Assembly: GCF_964355755.1 (NCBI RefSeq)
Contig: NC_092675.1
Location: 1,855,812 to 1,919,811, forward strand
Source of the DNA: Antedon mediterranea
Lineage: Eukaryota; Animalia; Echinodermata
Length of the DNA stretch: 64,000 bases
Reading direction: 5' to 3'
Every line of letters starts with the position of its first letter. Position 1 is the first letter of the stretch. Of this stretch, positions 27,301 to 39,972 are shown piece after piece. Made by a program: the position numbers and the translations under genes. Under the pieces are notes generated by a model. It was not told the origin of the DNA. It saw only the letters and a program-made list of their open reading frames with translations, and ran no database searches.

Positions 27301-30300
27301 TTGACAAAAAAATGTGATGTGCCCATGGACATGATGTCATATCACTACCATATTTAAGCATATCACTACCATATTTGGGCACATCTAAAAATAAGCTGTT
27401 GTGTAATTCAAACATGAAATAACAAGCAATGTACATTAGATCATTTTATTCTATGTTATACCTCCATGCTCTAATAAATAAATAACCCCTCCACATGACA
27501 GAATAAAGTTTTTAGTGAATTACTGCACTGTAAATATTTGGTGTCGGCTATTATACTATTTAAAGCTAATTTTCCACCTTCAAATCCCTCTCTGCGACGA
27601 ATTCTATTTCCCTAAATATAGTTTGAATTATTTATACTTTTTGCAAAGCGAAAAATTATGAGCACTTATGTAAATCGAAAAGCTCAACAGACAAGTGAAC
27701 ATGAAAATGCAGCTATTCGCTATTTGTTGGGGAAACGGTATTGCGATTTTTTCTCCTTAGAACGTTTGATTCGCATGAACAAATTTGCCTAGTGGAAAAT
27801 CTGCTAAATAGGTCTATGGTCTGATCATTTGATCTCAGTTGCCTCTGTGAATACCTGTAATGTAAAAGAAAACAAAAATTGTGGTATTTGTTTTTGAATC
27901 GGTAACTTCAATGTTATATTCCTATGTACCAAAGTTGTTCTCTTTATATTTTATAGGCATTAGATGGTAAAGATTGTGCAATTTTAATAGGCATTACTTG
28001 CGGGTTATCGGTAAGTGGTATATTCAAAATTTATTTTGTCCTTGTAAACAAACAATTTATGTAGAAAATTATCTGTCTGAAATTAAAGATTTTCAACATA
28101 GACAATTTTTAACTAAATTAAATTCTTGATATTGAGGTTGAAAGGGGTAGATGGTATGAGGTTTTAAGAGAAAACGTGTGAATTATTTTATAGGAATGAG
28201 ATAGAAAATGAATATCACTTTCTGTTAATGTGTACGTTCTATAATGATTTACTTGAGGAGTTATTGCCAGTTTCGTTTTATAATTTCCCTTCTGAAAATA
28301 AGTTCATTAATTTAATGGTTTCCAGAAAATATGTCTAATTTTTTTGTGCATTTAAAAAAAGAAATAATTTATTTTGCATCTAATTGTTGTATTCAATATT
28401 CATGTACTTTGGGCCACTGGCCTTTGTATTGTGTAAATAAATGCCTTAGACCAGGATTCTAGGGAAGAAGAAGAAGTATCAAAATGCTGAATCATAGTCG
28501 CGTATCAATACTTAAAGTATAATGTATTGGCTGTACTGTAAAGTTTGTTTCTTTTGTAAACAGAATCATGAAATGACTTGTTTACACTCTTTATGTTTAC
28601 ATTCCGGCAATATGTCTCAGTTTTTATTGATACTTTCTCCTTTGTACTCTTGACTTTTGTTAATTCATTTTTTCTTTAAACACCAGTTACAAAGTTCAAT
28701 GTATTTTTAGATTGTGAAATACCAATTGAATCTAGTCTGCGGTAAACAATGTAATATCTTACAAAGTCCACTGCAACTAAAACTACATGTATGAAAGTTT
28801 AATATGATTATATGGGAAGGATAGGTGTATACCCCAAACGATGATCAATATTTTAACAATAATATGGTCAAATTGTATGTTTACCTACTCTGATGTAATT
28901 GTACTTTATGCCAAGTACACTTGGAAATACGTGTGCTCGAACTCACAACCTCCAGATCACTAGCTTGGCATGCATACCTTTAGACCACCAAGCTTGTGCT
29001 AATGGTGAGAGTTATACTTGAGACCAAGATAGCTACGAGTATTGCTTGCACCAATAATTAATCAAAATTCATTCCTTTTTTCATTCATATACTCTGAGAA
29101 CCATTATGATAGAATTCAGGTGTTAAAACAGTATATGACTTGTACCACCAATATGATTGGTCAATACTTTAGAGTTATTTTGGTTAATACCATGTTTGTA
29201 GTTATTATGTAATACCTTTTGTTTGTCAATGTTGTTGTCAATTTGTTATTTTCTTGTTCATTGTTATGCCCATAAAGTCCATTATAGACTAGAGTTTTTC
29301 TATGTACCCTTTCTCTATATGTATTCATCTTTTACCAATATGCTATCAGTACCTGATGATGACCTATATGGTCGAAAGTACTAGTACAATAAATATTTTA
29401 TTTTGAGGCAGAAACAAGAACATTGTCTGTTTTATTTTTATATCTGAAATGACATATTTTCCTATTTTGATCAATTGTATTGAAACCTATCATAATGGTG
29501 TGTCCTGGTAATGCATGGTGTGGAGTATAGTTTAGTTGTCAATTTGCTTTGGTAGGAGGAAGTTAGTAATTTTTTTTCAAGTGTGTCTAATCAAAATAAT
29601 GTGATGTGCCCATGGACATTATGATGTCATGTCACTACCATACTTAGGCATATCACTACCATATTTAGGCACATCACACTTTTTTCTCACTTTTTTTTCT
29701 AGCTAATTTGATAGAGTAAACAGAGCTTAACTCTTTTATTTATTTGATTACACAGGCTGCATTTATTGCTGGCCAGTTAGATTACTGTATGGAAAACCTT
29801 GATGTTTTGACGCCAGTACTATTAGGCTTCAATCCAATTCTTAATTCAAAAGATGTGGAAATTGAAAATTGGGACAAGACATTTCTACAAGGTTTGATAC
29901 ATTTATTAATATTGATCTCTCTTGAAACCACTGGTTATACTCATCATTCAAATTTAGGTAAATACCCTTAAAATGTAAACATTTGTATACCTGAAATACA
30001 GTACAAATAATGTACACTAGTAAAGAGTAAATGAGCTATGCTCAACGCGATTTTGAGATGTTCCGAGTATGAGCACTGTTTCTATAATTTGACAGTATGA
30101 TTTATATATAATTTACACAGTGCTACGCAACACAAATTTACATATACACAATATTATTTTAAAAACCATTGCGTATTAAAGTTGGAATTTATTCTGACTT
30201 GTTAAGCCTCCATTGATTGTGAGGGCGTTTGTTGTATGAGAGAATGTATCTGGTGGGTGAAAAGCTAAATCAAATAAACAAAACAAATCGATAAAGTGAA

Positions 30301-33300
30301 ACAGCCAGAAATTATAAAATATATATAGACAATAAGAAACACAGGAACAATAGACAATGAAAGATATACCTCTTCAATTCAAGGTTTATTGTTTTTCAAT
30401 TGCCATATTAAGCTTATCAATATAATAATCAATCAATCCAAATATGGATTTATTCCTTAGTCATACTATCAATAAGCAAATTTTGTCTAAATTTAAACCA
30501 ATAAATGAAATGTAATTTCCTTTCTTCTTCCCATATTTGAAATGCAAATTTATTTTCAAAAGGAACTTTTCTCCAAATGTATAGGATCAGACATTGTTTC
30601 TCAATTGACTGATCATTTAAATAGATTACATTAATTATCATTATCAAGTATTGTAATTACTTTTAATTATCTACTTCTATGATTTTTTTTAAAGATACTG
30701 AAAGAAACATAGTTGAATTATCAGTCAATTCAATCATATTTTAGTTAAAACATTATGTATAGTTATACTGTAAACACTTTAAAGAATATTATATATTCAT
30801 TTAAAAGTCATCATTTATATTTGCATTGGCTATTTTATTATTTTTTTATTTGAAACCTCTTCTAATAAACAGTATGAAATATGTTTTAATTGTTTTTACA
30901 GTTGCAGAAAAACTTCAAAAGTTTGAGAAAAAAGGAAAAAGTTTTATCATCAATCCAATTTTAGGGGTTAGTATATTTTAAAAAAGCACAGGTTATAATG
31001 AACTGTCATCTTTGATGTGCTTAATCATAACCTGCCAACTAATAAGACGATATAGTCATTCAATGATATGTAACACATTTATAAATATATATAAAAATAT
31101 ATGGATTAGAAGTAAGGACATAATATAATAATCTTTATGTATTAATTTATACCGTATCCTCTGGTATAATCCCACTCCCTTAGAACAGGAAACTGGAAAA
31201 AAAATGATTGGTAAGAATTTCTTGTAAAAACTGGTTAGAGAGAGGCCTACAGTATATCCAGATCAAAAGTCAATACTAGGATTATACCCGGGATATGCCT
31301 GTTTGTGAAATTAGATAAAACGTAGGGAGTGGGATTAGACTTGAAGTGGGATATACTCAAGGATTTATGGTATATAATATGTTTAAATGACAGTTTCACA
31401 TTAATATTTTGTATGGAAATATACTCTCACAATGTTCCAGCCAGTAATCAGTGCAGTTGCTTTCACCTACTAATATGGCGTTTCATATTGGACAGATCAC
31501 AGAACTCATAAATACTTTTTTCCTTTTAGCCAGAAGCCATTACAGGATCGTCCAGAATGAAAGGTGGTAGCGCCACCAAGTTCATTCTCGAATTAGTATT
31601 TACCAAAGCCATTCAGAACGTAGTAAGCACCCCGTCTTCTCATCGTCAGCTAAATATTGCATGCCTTCATGAGATGCAGACTACTATATCGAAAGCAACT
31701 TACGCAATCAAACGTGACATTGCTTCGTTAGTACAAACAGCAGGAAACAGGTAGAGCATAGTTTATGTTATGTGTAAATAATTTACAATCAGACCTACTT
31801 TAGGTGCCATAATCTTGATTTAGTATCTAAAAAGGACATTTTCCTACAGTATTGAAATTTTATACTGCAGTAATATCTGAAATACATTATACATTATTAT
31901 ACAACGCCTAAATAAATTCCTTTCATTTGATTAGACGATTGTGGGTCACATGGCGTGCAATAGTACACACTATTGATTAAATAAAAAAAATAGTCTATTT
32001 TTATTTATTGATGAATTTAAGAAAAACAAGAATATTTTAATAAACTGCTAAATTATACGGAAGTTTTTATTATTATTGAAATTCAAAACAGTATAAAAAA
32101 AATCTTTTATAACCATTGCATACACTAAGCTTTTTTTGATTGCCTTTTTAAAATTTGTTTTTCTTTTTTGGTAACACCAGTATGAATTCTGATGGCCATG
32201 TGTACTATATTGGTGCTGGTCTCTCAGGAATCCTAGGCCTAATTGATGCCTCTGAATGCCCTCCAACATATAGTTCTGGTGAGTCATTTGTCATTAGATA
32301 GGTAAACCTTAAATTTGCTTTACAGTAGAACCACTCCTTTGGGACACTCCTATTCTGGGAATACCCACATTCTGGGAATACCCAAATTCTGGGAATACCC
32401 ACATTCTGGGAGTACCCAAATTCTGGAAATACCCAAATTCTGGGAATACCCTATTACGGGTACACTTTCATATGAAACAAACGAGGGAAATATATGTTTT
32501 AAAACTACAGCCAACCTTACTCTTTTAAGGCGACATTTTTATTGGTCTCTAAATCTAAGGTTTCCTCCTAATAAAGGGTTCTACATTATGAGAGCTGTGT
32601 TCATCCGATATAACTCTGATAGGTTTCATAGGTGCATCTAACATAACTTTACAATTTAAATCTGGCAGAAAAAAGAGTAAACATAGAAAATATTTTTATG
32701 GAGGTTTTTTACCATCATTGAATATACCAGAGTAAGTGAGTGGCCAAGCAGTTAAGACAGTGCAATCGTAATCCATACCAATAACATCGGCAAGTGTTCG
32801 AGGCTCACTAGCTCCATGGTTCTGGTGGTAGAACCAGTTTTCTCATCAGATAAGGGCTATAAACCATCTGGCTCATGTGCACTTTAAAGAACCTAGTACT
32901 TCTTTTGAGACGAGTAGAGTAGGGGGAGGGGGGGGGGGTTACCCTGGTGTACTATTACACTCACAGCTGATAATAACTGGGCCCTCTGGGAGGCCAGTAT
33001 TTGACTGAAGAGGTCACCCATTATAAATAAATAATAACAAATAAATAACAAACAAACCTCTCCTGATTGATATATCTACATTGACTTTCAGAATTTGATG
33101 ACATTAGAGGATTTTTAGTGGATGGTTACGAGTCATTTAAGAACAAAGAAGGAAGCATGTCCAATAAGGTTAATTAATATTTATTTTTGATCAAGAAAAT
33201 TATAAATTACGTTATGTTAGAACTATTGATTTTAAATCAGTTTATTCCTATGTTTCATTATTCAAAGAAAACACAAATCTATTAACCATCTTATGGATTT

Positions 33301-35104
33301 TTGTCTTGGAGTTGTAATTTGATGATTTAATTGCATGACTACTAATTCTACGGTTCATCTTATGTAACTCACTATGTGAGAGTGTACAGTACATGCGAAT
33401 ACGTTTTATGATCAACTTGTAGATTTTATTTCTGAAATGCATGTAAAGTACTTGATATCTAAGTTCAGTTTTTGATTATATTATATTGATTATTAATTAA
33501 TTCATTTTTTTTTAAAAGGGAGAGGAATATTCCATAAGCTTAGATCATTTTATTTGTAAAATTCAACCAAGTCTATCAACTAATGATACAGTTATTTTCA
33601 TTCTACATTGTAAGTATATACATTATATTTATGTAAAGCACTTTTTTTGCATAAACAAACTAAAAGAACATGTACATTTATTTAAATGTTTTAAATATTT
33701 ACATTCTTTTCCAGCCAATTATCTCAAAGAATTCCATAGAATTTATGAGCAATTGAAGGGTGTGTGTTCAGCAGCTGCTATTTTTGTGGAAGGACCTTTT
33801 GAAGATACACAAAGTAAAGTAAGATACTTGAAGAAAATTGCATTTCTATAAATTTATTGTGGCATAATTAAAATAAAAATAAATATATTATTTATGTTAA
33901 CCCAATCGGCTAATTAGCTGAACATTTTATTAACACATTTTTCTAGAATTTTTAGTAAACCTTTTTATTTATTTGTTTTCACCACCATGCACTATACTGC
34001 ACAAATGTTGAGCTTAATGGTCATTCTGCACACGCTCATAAGAGCTTGTGCAGAATGACTATTAGACTCAATGGCTCAGTCACATGATGCATCATAAAAA
34101 CTAAATGTTGCTTGATTATTATCAATGATATTTTTTCGTTATATTATATTGAATATGGGAAACAAGGCTGCTTTTTCGCCAGCTTTACATTTTACAGCTG
34201 AGAACTTCCTCCATCCGAATTTGACCGGGGGATTGGAACTGTTTCTATGTTACAACATCAATACAATCTTTGTTATCACTAATATAACTTGCTTTGTAAC
34301 AGAAATATGTAACGCAGTTCTTTCCATGTGCATTGATTGTAAACGTACCATGGCACCAAATACTAAGCTTGTTTGACAGTGACAAGAAACAACAAAAAGA
34401 AGACAAAATACTAAATGCTGCCCTCTATGGTGGAGTTGAACTGGCTATTAAATTCATTTTAAACACTGTCAGTACTGGGGCTCATGTGCTCAAAGGAAAA
34501 GTATATAAGCACTATATGGTTGACATGAAACTCAAGTAAATACAAATGTTTAACTTATTTTTATTACTCATGTTCGACTTTGGCTAATGATGGGCATACT
34601 TTCAAACACTAACATCATTTTCATGATTGATTTTCATTTAACAGCAACAGTAAGCTTTTTAACAGAGGTATAAATATTGTACAAAGGCTTGGGGGTTGTA
34701 GCAAGAAAGTAGCCACTGATGCCATCCTGAAGTCCATCTATCAAACTGACCATCTGCCAGAGGGTATACACGAAGAAAAGATTTCGCAACACATCCTGCA
34801 AGCCAATGGTGGCACTAAGGTACGATTTTAAGATAATGTTGATGATAATATTTAAGGATTTCTTTAAGTGAAAAGTTGGACAAAAACATAAATTGGCACC
34901 CACTCAATTTCAATTTCTGCTTGCCACCCCCGCTATTTTCTTCCTCTGATTTTTTTCTACTGTGAATACATGATTTTATTTCAGCTAGTACCACTAGCAT
35001 TGGTTTTAGCAATCAAGAATTGCACCGTTCAAGAAGCGAAGGCTGCCCTCAACTCATCAAAACAAATTCGTACAGCTATTAATCAAACTTATGATGCTGA
35101 CTGA
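24320..35104 (+). CDS. GCKR: Glucokinase regulatory protein (SIS-domain, MurQ-related)
   Basis: Coding exons approx. 24320-24410, 24777-24838, 25262-25330, 26079-26144, 26512-26652, 27957-28010, 29756-29891, 30902-30966, 31530-31750, 32181-32278, 33092-33168, 33519-33609, 33715-33818, 34303-34535, 34644-34818, 34985-35104. Motifs [88 protein letters not shown]. Confidence 0.93.
25491..25823. mobile_element. MITE family B, TTAA-flanked (Kolobok-like), TIR ~AGATGTATTGTCCCC
   Basis: ttaa-atatgtattgttcccc...ggggacaatacatct-ttaa; related pieces at ~8305, 14570, 16980, 18845, 46830, 49408, 53680-54226. Confidence 0.65.
29349..29387 (+). ncRNA. Minimal type-I hammerhead ribozyme in a GCKR intron (sense)
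   Basis: GTAC-CTGATGA-T-GACC-tatat-GGTC-GAAA-GTAC-TA-GTAC: stem I GTAC/GTAC, stem II GACC/GGTC, palindromic stem III AGTACT, CUA cleavage triplet; followed by AATAAA. Confidence 0.78.
32323..32588. mobile_element. MITE family C (CAGTAGAACC.. TIR, Tc1/mariner-like) containing a 19-bp tandem repeat
   Basis: ta-cagtagaaccactcc...aaagggttctacatta; internal attctgggaatacccam x5; relatives at ~1-80, 7054, 11507, 25346, 63276. Confidence 0.55.
32730..33055 (+). mobile_element. tRNA-derived SINE with Deu/Nin-like central domain
   Basis: A box tggccaagcagtt, B box gttcgaggc, core cagataagggctataaacc...taaagaacctagtac...gagtaggg, (AAAT)n tail. Confidence 0.65.
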
Positions 35105-35140
35105 GACAGAATTGAATGGAAGTAACCACTTTATGTATTA

Positions 35141-35276
35141 AGCTCTGTCTACACCATCAAACTAGTGTGATGTGCCCAAATATGATTGTGATATGCCTAA
35201 ATATGGTAGTGATATGACATAATCGTGTCCATATCACTTTTTTTTTCAAGTAAAATTTGATAGTGTAGACAGAGCT
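35141..35276. mobile_element. MITE family A copy just after the GCKR stop codon
   Basis: Complete TIRs. Confidence 0.85.
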
Positions 35277-37729
35277 TAATTTCTTTATTACCAGCAAAAT
35301 AATACAGTATGATTATTACAAATAAGCATTGTTTAAAATTTACCTCAAAATAATTAATTATTGTTTAAATTACGTCCAAAGTTTAACTATTTGTATAAAT
35401 ATGTATCTTATTTTATAATGAAATTTATAATAATGGAAATTTGCTATGAAATTTGATTGATATGATTTTGTGTGTGCCAAGTTTCAGTACTTTGAAACAA
35501 TTATTATTTTATACTTTTGATCATTTTAGAAACATACCGTAGATACTGCATAAATTATATTATACAAAGAAAACAATGATAAATGTATATAAAGTAATTA
35601 TGTGTAGTTATAAAAAATTTATAATCAGGTTTATGAAATTATTAAATAATATAAATATTAAAAAAATAATAATACAGGTATTTTACACCAATATTCTCAG
35701 GTGCCTTTAATAAATGCATTAATTCAAAATTAATTCAAAATATGTTAGTGTGTAAAAGAATGATATATTGATTTCGATATTGTAAAGTACCACCAATATT
35801 ATATATATATATATATTTTAATGATCATTAATTTTACAATCACTAGTGCAATAAATGTGATGATTGTTTGATGAATGTTGTCTATCATTAAATAATTTAT
35901 TAATTCTTCATTATTTTCGCTGGTCAATGAATTAAATCAATTATTTTCCTCATTTCAGTTCCCACTTTTCCCCCCCCCCCCTCCCTCCTCACTCACTCTC
36001 CACCCCTCTCCTCCCCTCCTCACTCACTCTTTCCCCCCCCCCACTCACTCTCCCTCACCCCTCACGTAATCACTCACTTATTTACACACGCACTTGTCAA
36101 AACTGTCACATCGTGTCCAAGGTATTTCAAGCTTGTATGTACTAGATGGCACGCTCGCTTCGCTCGCGTACCATCTAGGTCGTGCCCACAGATGGTTCTC
36201 GAATACACAGTATTTTCCAGCGAGAAAAAAATGGAGATTTCAAATGTACGTACTGCAGGACTATAATACATTGTCGTTTACAGAAACGAATAAATATACA
36301 CGATGATTTATGTAGTCAGCTAAAATTAGCACCCTGGGAATTACTTCCGAGAGAGAAACAAAATGAGTCAAATTTTTTTATTTGGACTCATTTAAACAAA
36401 CCCAATTTGTGTTTTGTATGTAACATTAAGGGTTGAGGGATGGGGGAAGAAGATAGGTACAAAGAGGAAACATTTTAAAATATATTCTTATCCACTCAGT
36501 AACGAAATATTGTTTTTAATGTTTTATAGGCCTATAAATAATATACCACTAAATACAGTAAAACATTTACGATTTAATACTTTGTTAAAACTCTCACTGT
36601 CATAGTCGATTGAAATAGTAAAGTACATGTAACGATACACCACTACGTACGTACGTTTATATATTTTTAAATTATTAATTAATACAAACGTTGAGAAGCA
36701 ACTGTCAGTAATAACGTTTATTTATTTGTATATTATATGTTTATAATCTAACAGTAGGGCCTACCCACACTCACAGTAATAAAGTTTATTTGTATATTTG
36801 TTTATATTATTATCTAACAGTACCAACACTCACAGTAAGATATTTGCGATTCAAATTGCGATCAAAAGTGCATTGCAATACTATTTATGTTTATTCTCCA
36901 AGGGGGCCCATAAATCTAAATCTATACCTCTATGGTTAAACCAAATAATTTGGAATGTTCCATTCATCACAAATCAATACATGTGTAAAAACGTATATTA
37001 CATGTATCAAAATACCATTTTTTAAAGAAAATCGGCCTGTCTTCAACATTATGATGCTGTACTCGAACTGTTCAACCGGTTTTCAGCTATTAAAAACAAT
37101 TATCGTAGGAGGAGATAGGAAAATGCGAAGTGTCCTCGTATTATTGTGTGCGGGTATTTTTCAAATTGACATCCATTAGACAGTGTATACCACGATCGGA
37201 AAACACCCCTATTTGGGGCAAATCGTTGAACCTAAATTCGTTCCAATCGTCAATAACTAATTATCGAACTCAATTTAATTAGTAGACAGGGTTACATCAG
37301 GTGGTTAAAATCAGTACCGAAAGTACGAACCAACTTTACATACCATCGAGTAAACATTCTAGAAATAACGCGCGATTTACCGATTTTTGCCCTTACGTAA
37401 ATTTATATATAGATTCATACGTTTTCGTGAATTTTCGGAAATGAAATACTGCGTACACTCGCAATCGTTCGTACATCATCGGTACGAATCGGGATTGAAG
37501 TTACAATGGGACACAAGAAGTCAGAGGATTAATAAAATTACATTTGAAACATGTGCATTCACCAAGTGTAAACGAATACAACCAGTCGCTGGGACTATTA
37601 CTCTCTAATATTTTTGTAAGACAACTAGACGTGACGAACAGTTTGTAAAAAGATAAAATTATTTATTTATTTTTTTTGTAAAATGATATTAATATATTCT
37701 AGAAACTCGAATGATATTTATGCATTGAG

Positions 37730-39576
37730 TTAATCGTCATCCGGGTCTTCATCGTCACCACCCGCCGATCTGTGTAAATTAAAAAATGCCAGATTTATAT
37801 TTTGTGTACGATGGTTCACGTTACAAATAATACTTTAATTTTCAATATTATTGGATTAATATAATAAATACTACTGCAATACTATTTCTTTAATTGAATT
37901 ACATATTTTTTGAGTTGCGAACGTTAATCGGAAGGTAGCCTTGTACAAATCAAAATTTAAAAAAAAACGTTAATTTTACCTTGATTTATATCGCATGCAC
38001 CCAAGAGAAACTGTCCAACCAACTAGCATAGTGATGCATAGCATTAGGGAAACTACTAAGATATTATCCAATCCAAGAACTTCATTTTGCTGATTTAACC
38101 ACGAATCTTCAAATAAAAAGTTGTATTTATGTTGAATGGTATGCAATATATCATATCATGTGATATATATCGTACAAAACTTTCCAAAAGCTAAAGGGCC
38201 GTGTCAAGATTATATTACTCCGTGTAACGCAGTTAACACAATGTTTACCGCGGTTAACGCATGTTACCGCAGTTAACACAATGTTTACCGCGGTTAATGC
38301 AATGTTACCGCGGTTAACGCAATAACGATCTTTACAAGTACGAGTATTAATTTAAGATGCAACTAGTGCCATTTATCACTGAAGCGAATCATACATTTTA
38401 ACACGATTTGAGATGATGAGAAGTTTGATAAATTCCGATAAATGAAAATGGTGACAATGTTTGATAACAGATATATCGGCATGGCTGTGTTTGTCAATCT
38501 GTCACCATTTCTAATGTTTTATTTTGGGCAAGCTGTTTCGTCAGTAGCATTGCAATAATTCTAAAAGTTAGATAGATAGTATTACCAGATTCACCCATCG
38601 CGTGTCCAGTTGATCCAAAATGAAGATATACCGTGTTTGCGACCGCTTTCTCATCTTCACCGTGATTTATCTCGCAGTCGTATGTCCCTCTATCATCGTG
38701 TTGTAAGTCTAGAATCTCAACATTGTTATTATCGTCGATAGAGATTCTATCAGTTTGGTTCAGTTTCCAGCCATCTTTCTTCCATTGGATCTTGGCATTT
38801 TGTTGGTACATCAACACGGGTTCGGACTTGCACGCTAGGTTGACCGTGCGGCCTTGTTCAACCCACTCCTCGATTAAGAAATCTAAAAATATTACCACGA
38901 CATATATTTGTAATCGATTTGCGACTATGCATAAGCCGACCACAAGGTAAATTGCTGCAATTTCACTAATATGTAACATAGTTGATACTAATACAAAGAT
39001 AATTATATAAAATAAACAGAATGTTTCTACTCTAATTTGCTGGATTAATGTGGGAAAGGAAATACAATAACAATAGCCCTAAAGCTCCGTATACACTATC
39101 AAACTTAATGTGATGTGCCCATATATGGACATGATGATGTCATATCACTACCATATTTAAGCATACTATCACGACCATATTTAAGCATATCACATTTTGT
39201 CAAACTAGTTTAATAGTGTAGACAGAGCTTAACCCTACTTCAATTGAGATCATCTGAATACAGTTAAAACATTAGCACAAGTGTATACGTACATAATAAC
39301 CTATTGACTAAGAAAAGGATAGGCCTGAGCAAAGGATTGTTTACCTAGGCCTAGGCTAGGCAACCTATAAGCTATAACAATATTACAAAAATTGGCTTGG
39401 CTTGATTACTAATACTAGGCTTAGTAGGCCAACTACATGCTTACTTATCTAGGCCTAGGTTAGCTTCTACGCCTACAATTTTTAATATCAAATTAAATAC
39501 TGTACTTACTATTTGCCGTAACCTGTTTCGATACGAATATTATAAGACTAATTAGGCCTAAAAACTTTAAATGCAT
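37730..39576 (-). CDS. Small type-I membrane protein with one Ig domain and a short acidic tail, ~176 aa
   Basis: Exons 39576-39510 (signal MHLKFLGLISLIIFVSKQVTA), 38882-38586 (GRTVNLAC..IQWKKDG..DRGTYDC), 38106-37980 (TM ILVVSLMLCITMLVGWTVSLG), 37769-37730 (SAGGDDEDPDDD*); all join in frame. Confidence 0.82.
39083..39229. mobile_element. MITE family A copy
   Basis: TIRs flanked by TAA on both sides. Further copies at ~27283, 29585, 42272, 43026, 45290, 47975, 60723. Confidence 0.82.
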
Positions 39577-39768
39577 TTCATTAGTACAAACACAAATAAG
39601 GGTATTATTTGCTTTCTAAAATATATAAATTATATACAATCCTACATCCTGCTTCTTTAACCATGCCGCAGAGATAAGAGAGGAGTATTACTTCTTTAGG
39701 CGGTTGTTTGCGTTACCATAACGCTGGTATACGTCACTGTTGATTATAATTTACGCACACACGCCCGC

Positions 39769-39781
39769 GTTACTGGGTTAC
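39769..39781 (-). promoter_or_regulatory. Candidate RFX X-box in a bidirectional promoter
   Basis: Minus strand GTAACC-C-AGTAAC fits GTNRCC(N0-3)RGYAAC; lies between the divergent ATGs at 39576 and 39973, near the CRE half-site tacgtcac. Confidence 0.45.
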
Positions 39782-39972
39782 ACGTGCGTACATAATGATA
39801 TGCACGCGTGCGCATAGAATAGCGATAGAATGATAGATCGTAAATTTATCCCTCGAATGCGACTTTTGAGATGATGTGCGATAATTAGAAACTCCAATAA
39901 ATGAAATTCTATGAAATTGTAACACAAATACCGTGCTGATGATTTCTTCTTGAGGATGAGAAAGAGTTTGAT

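Noticed and set aside
26079-31750. Horizontal transfer of bacterial murQ
   Set aside because: Intron-rich, two-SIS-domain GCKR layout typical of animals.
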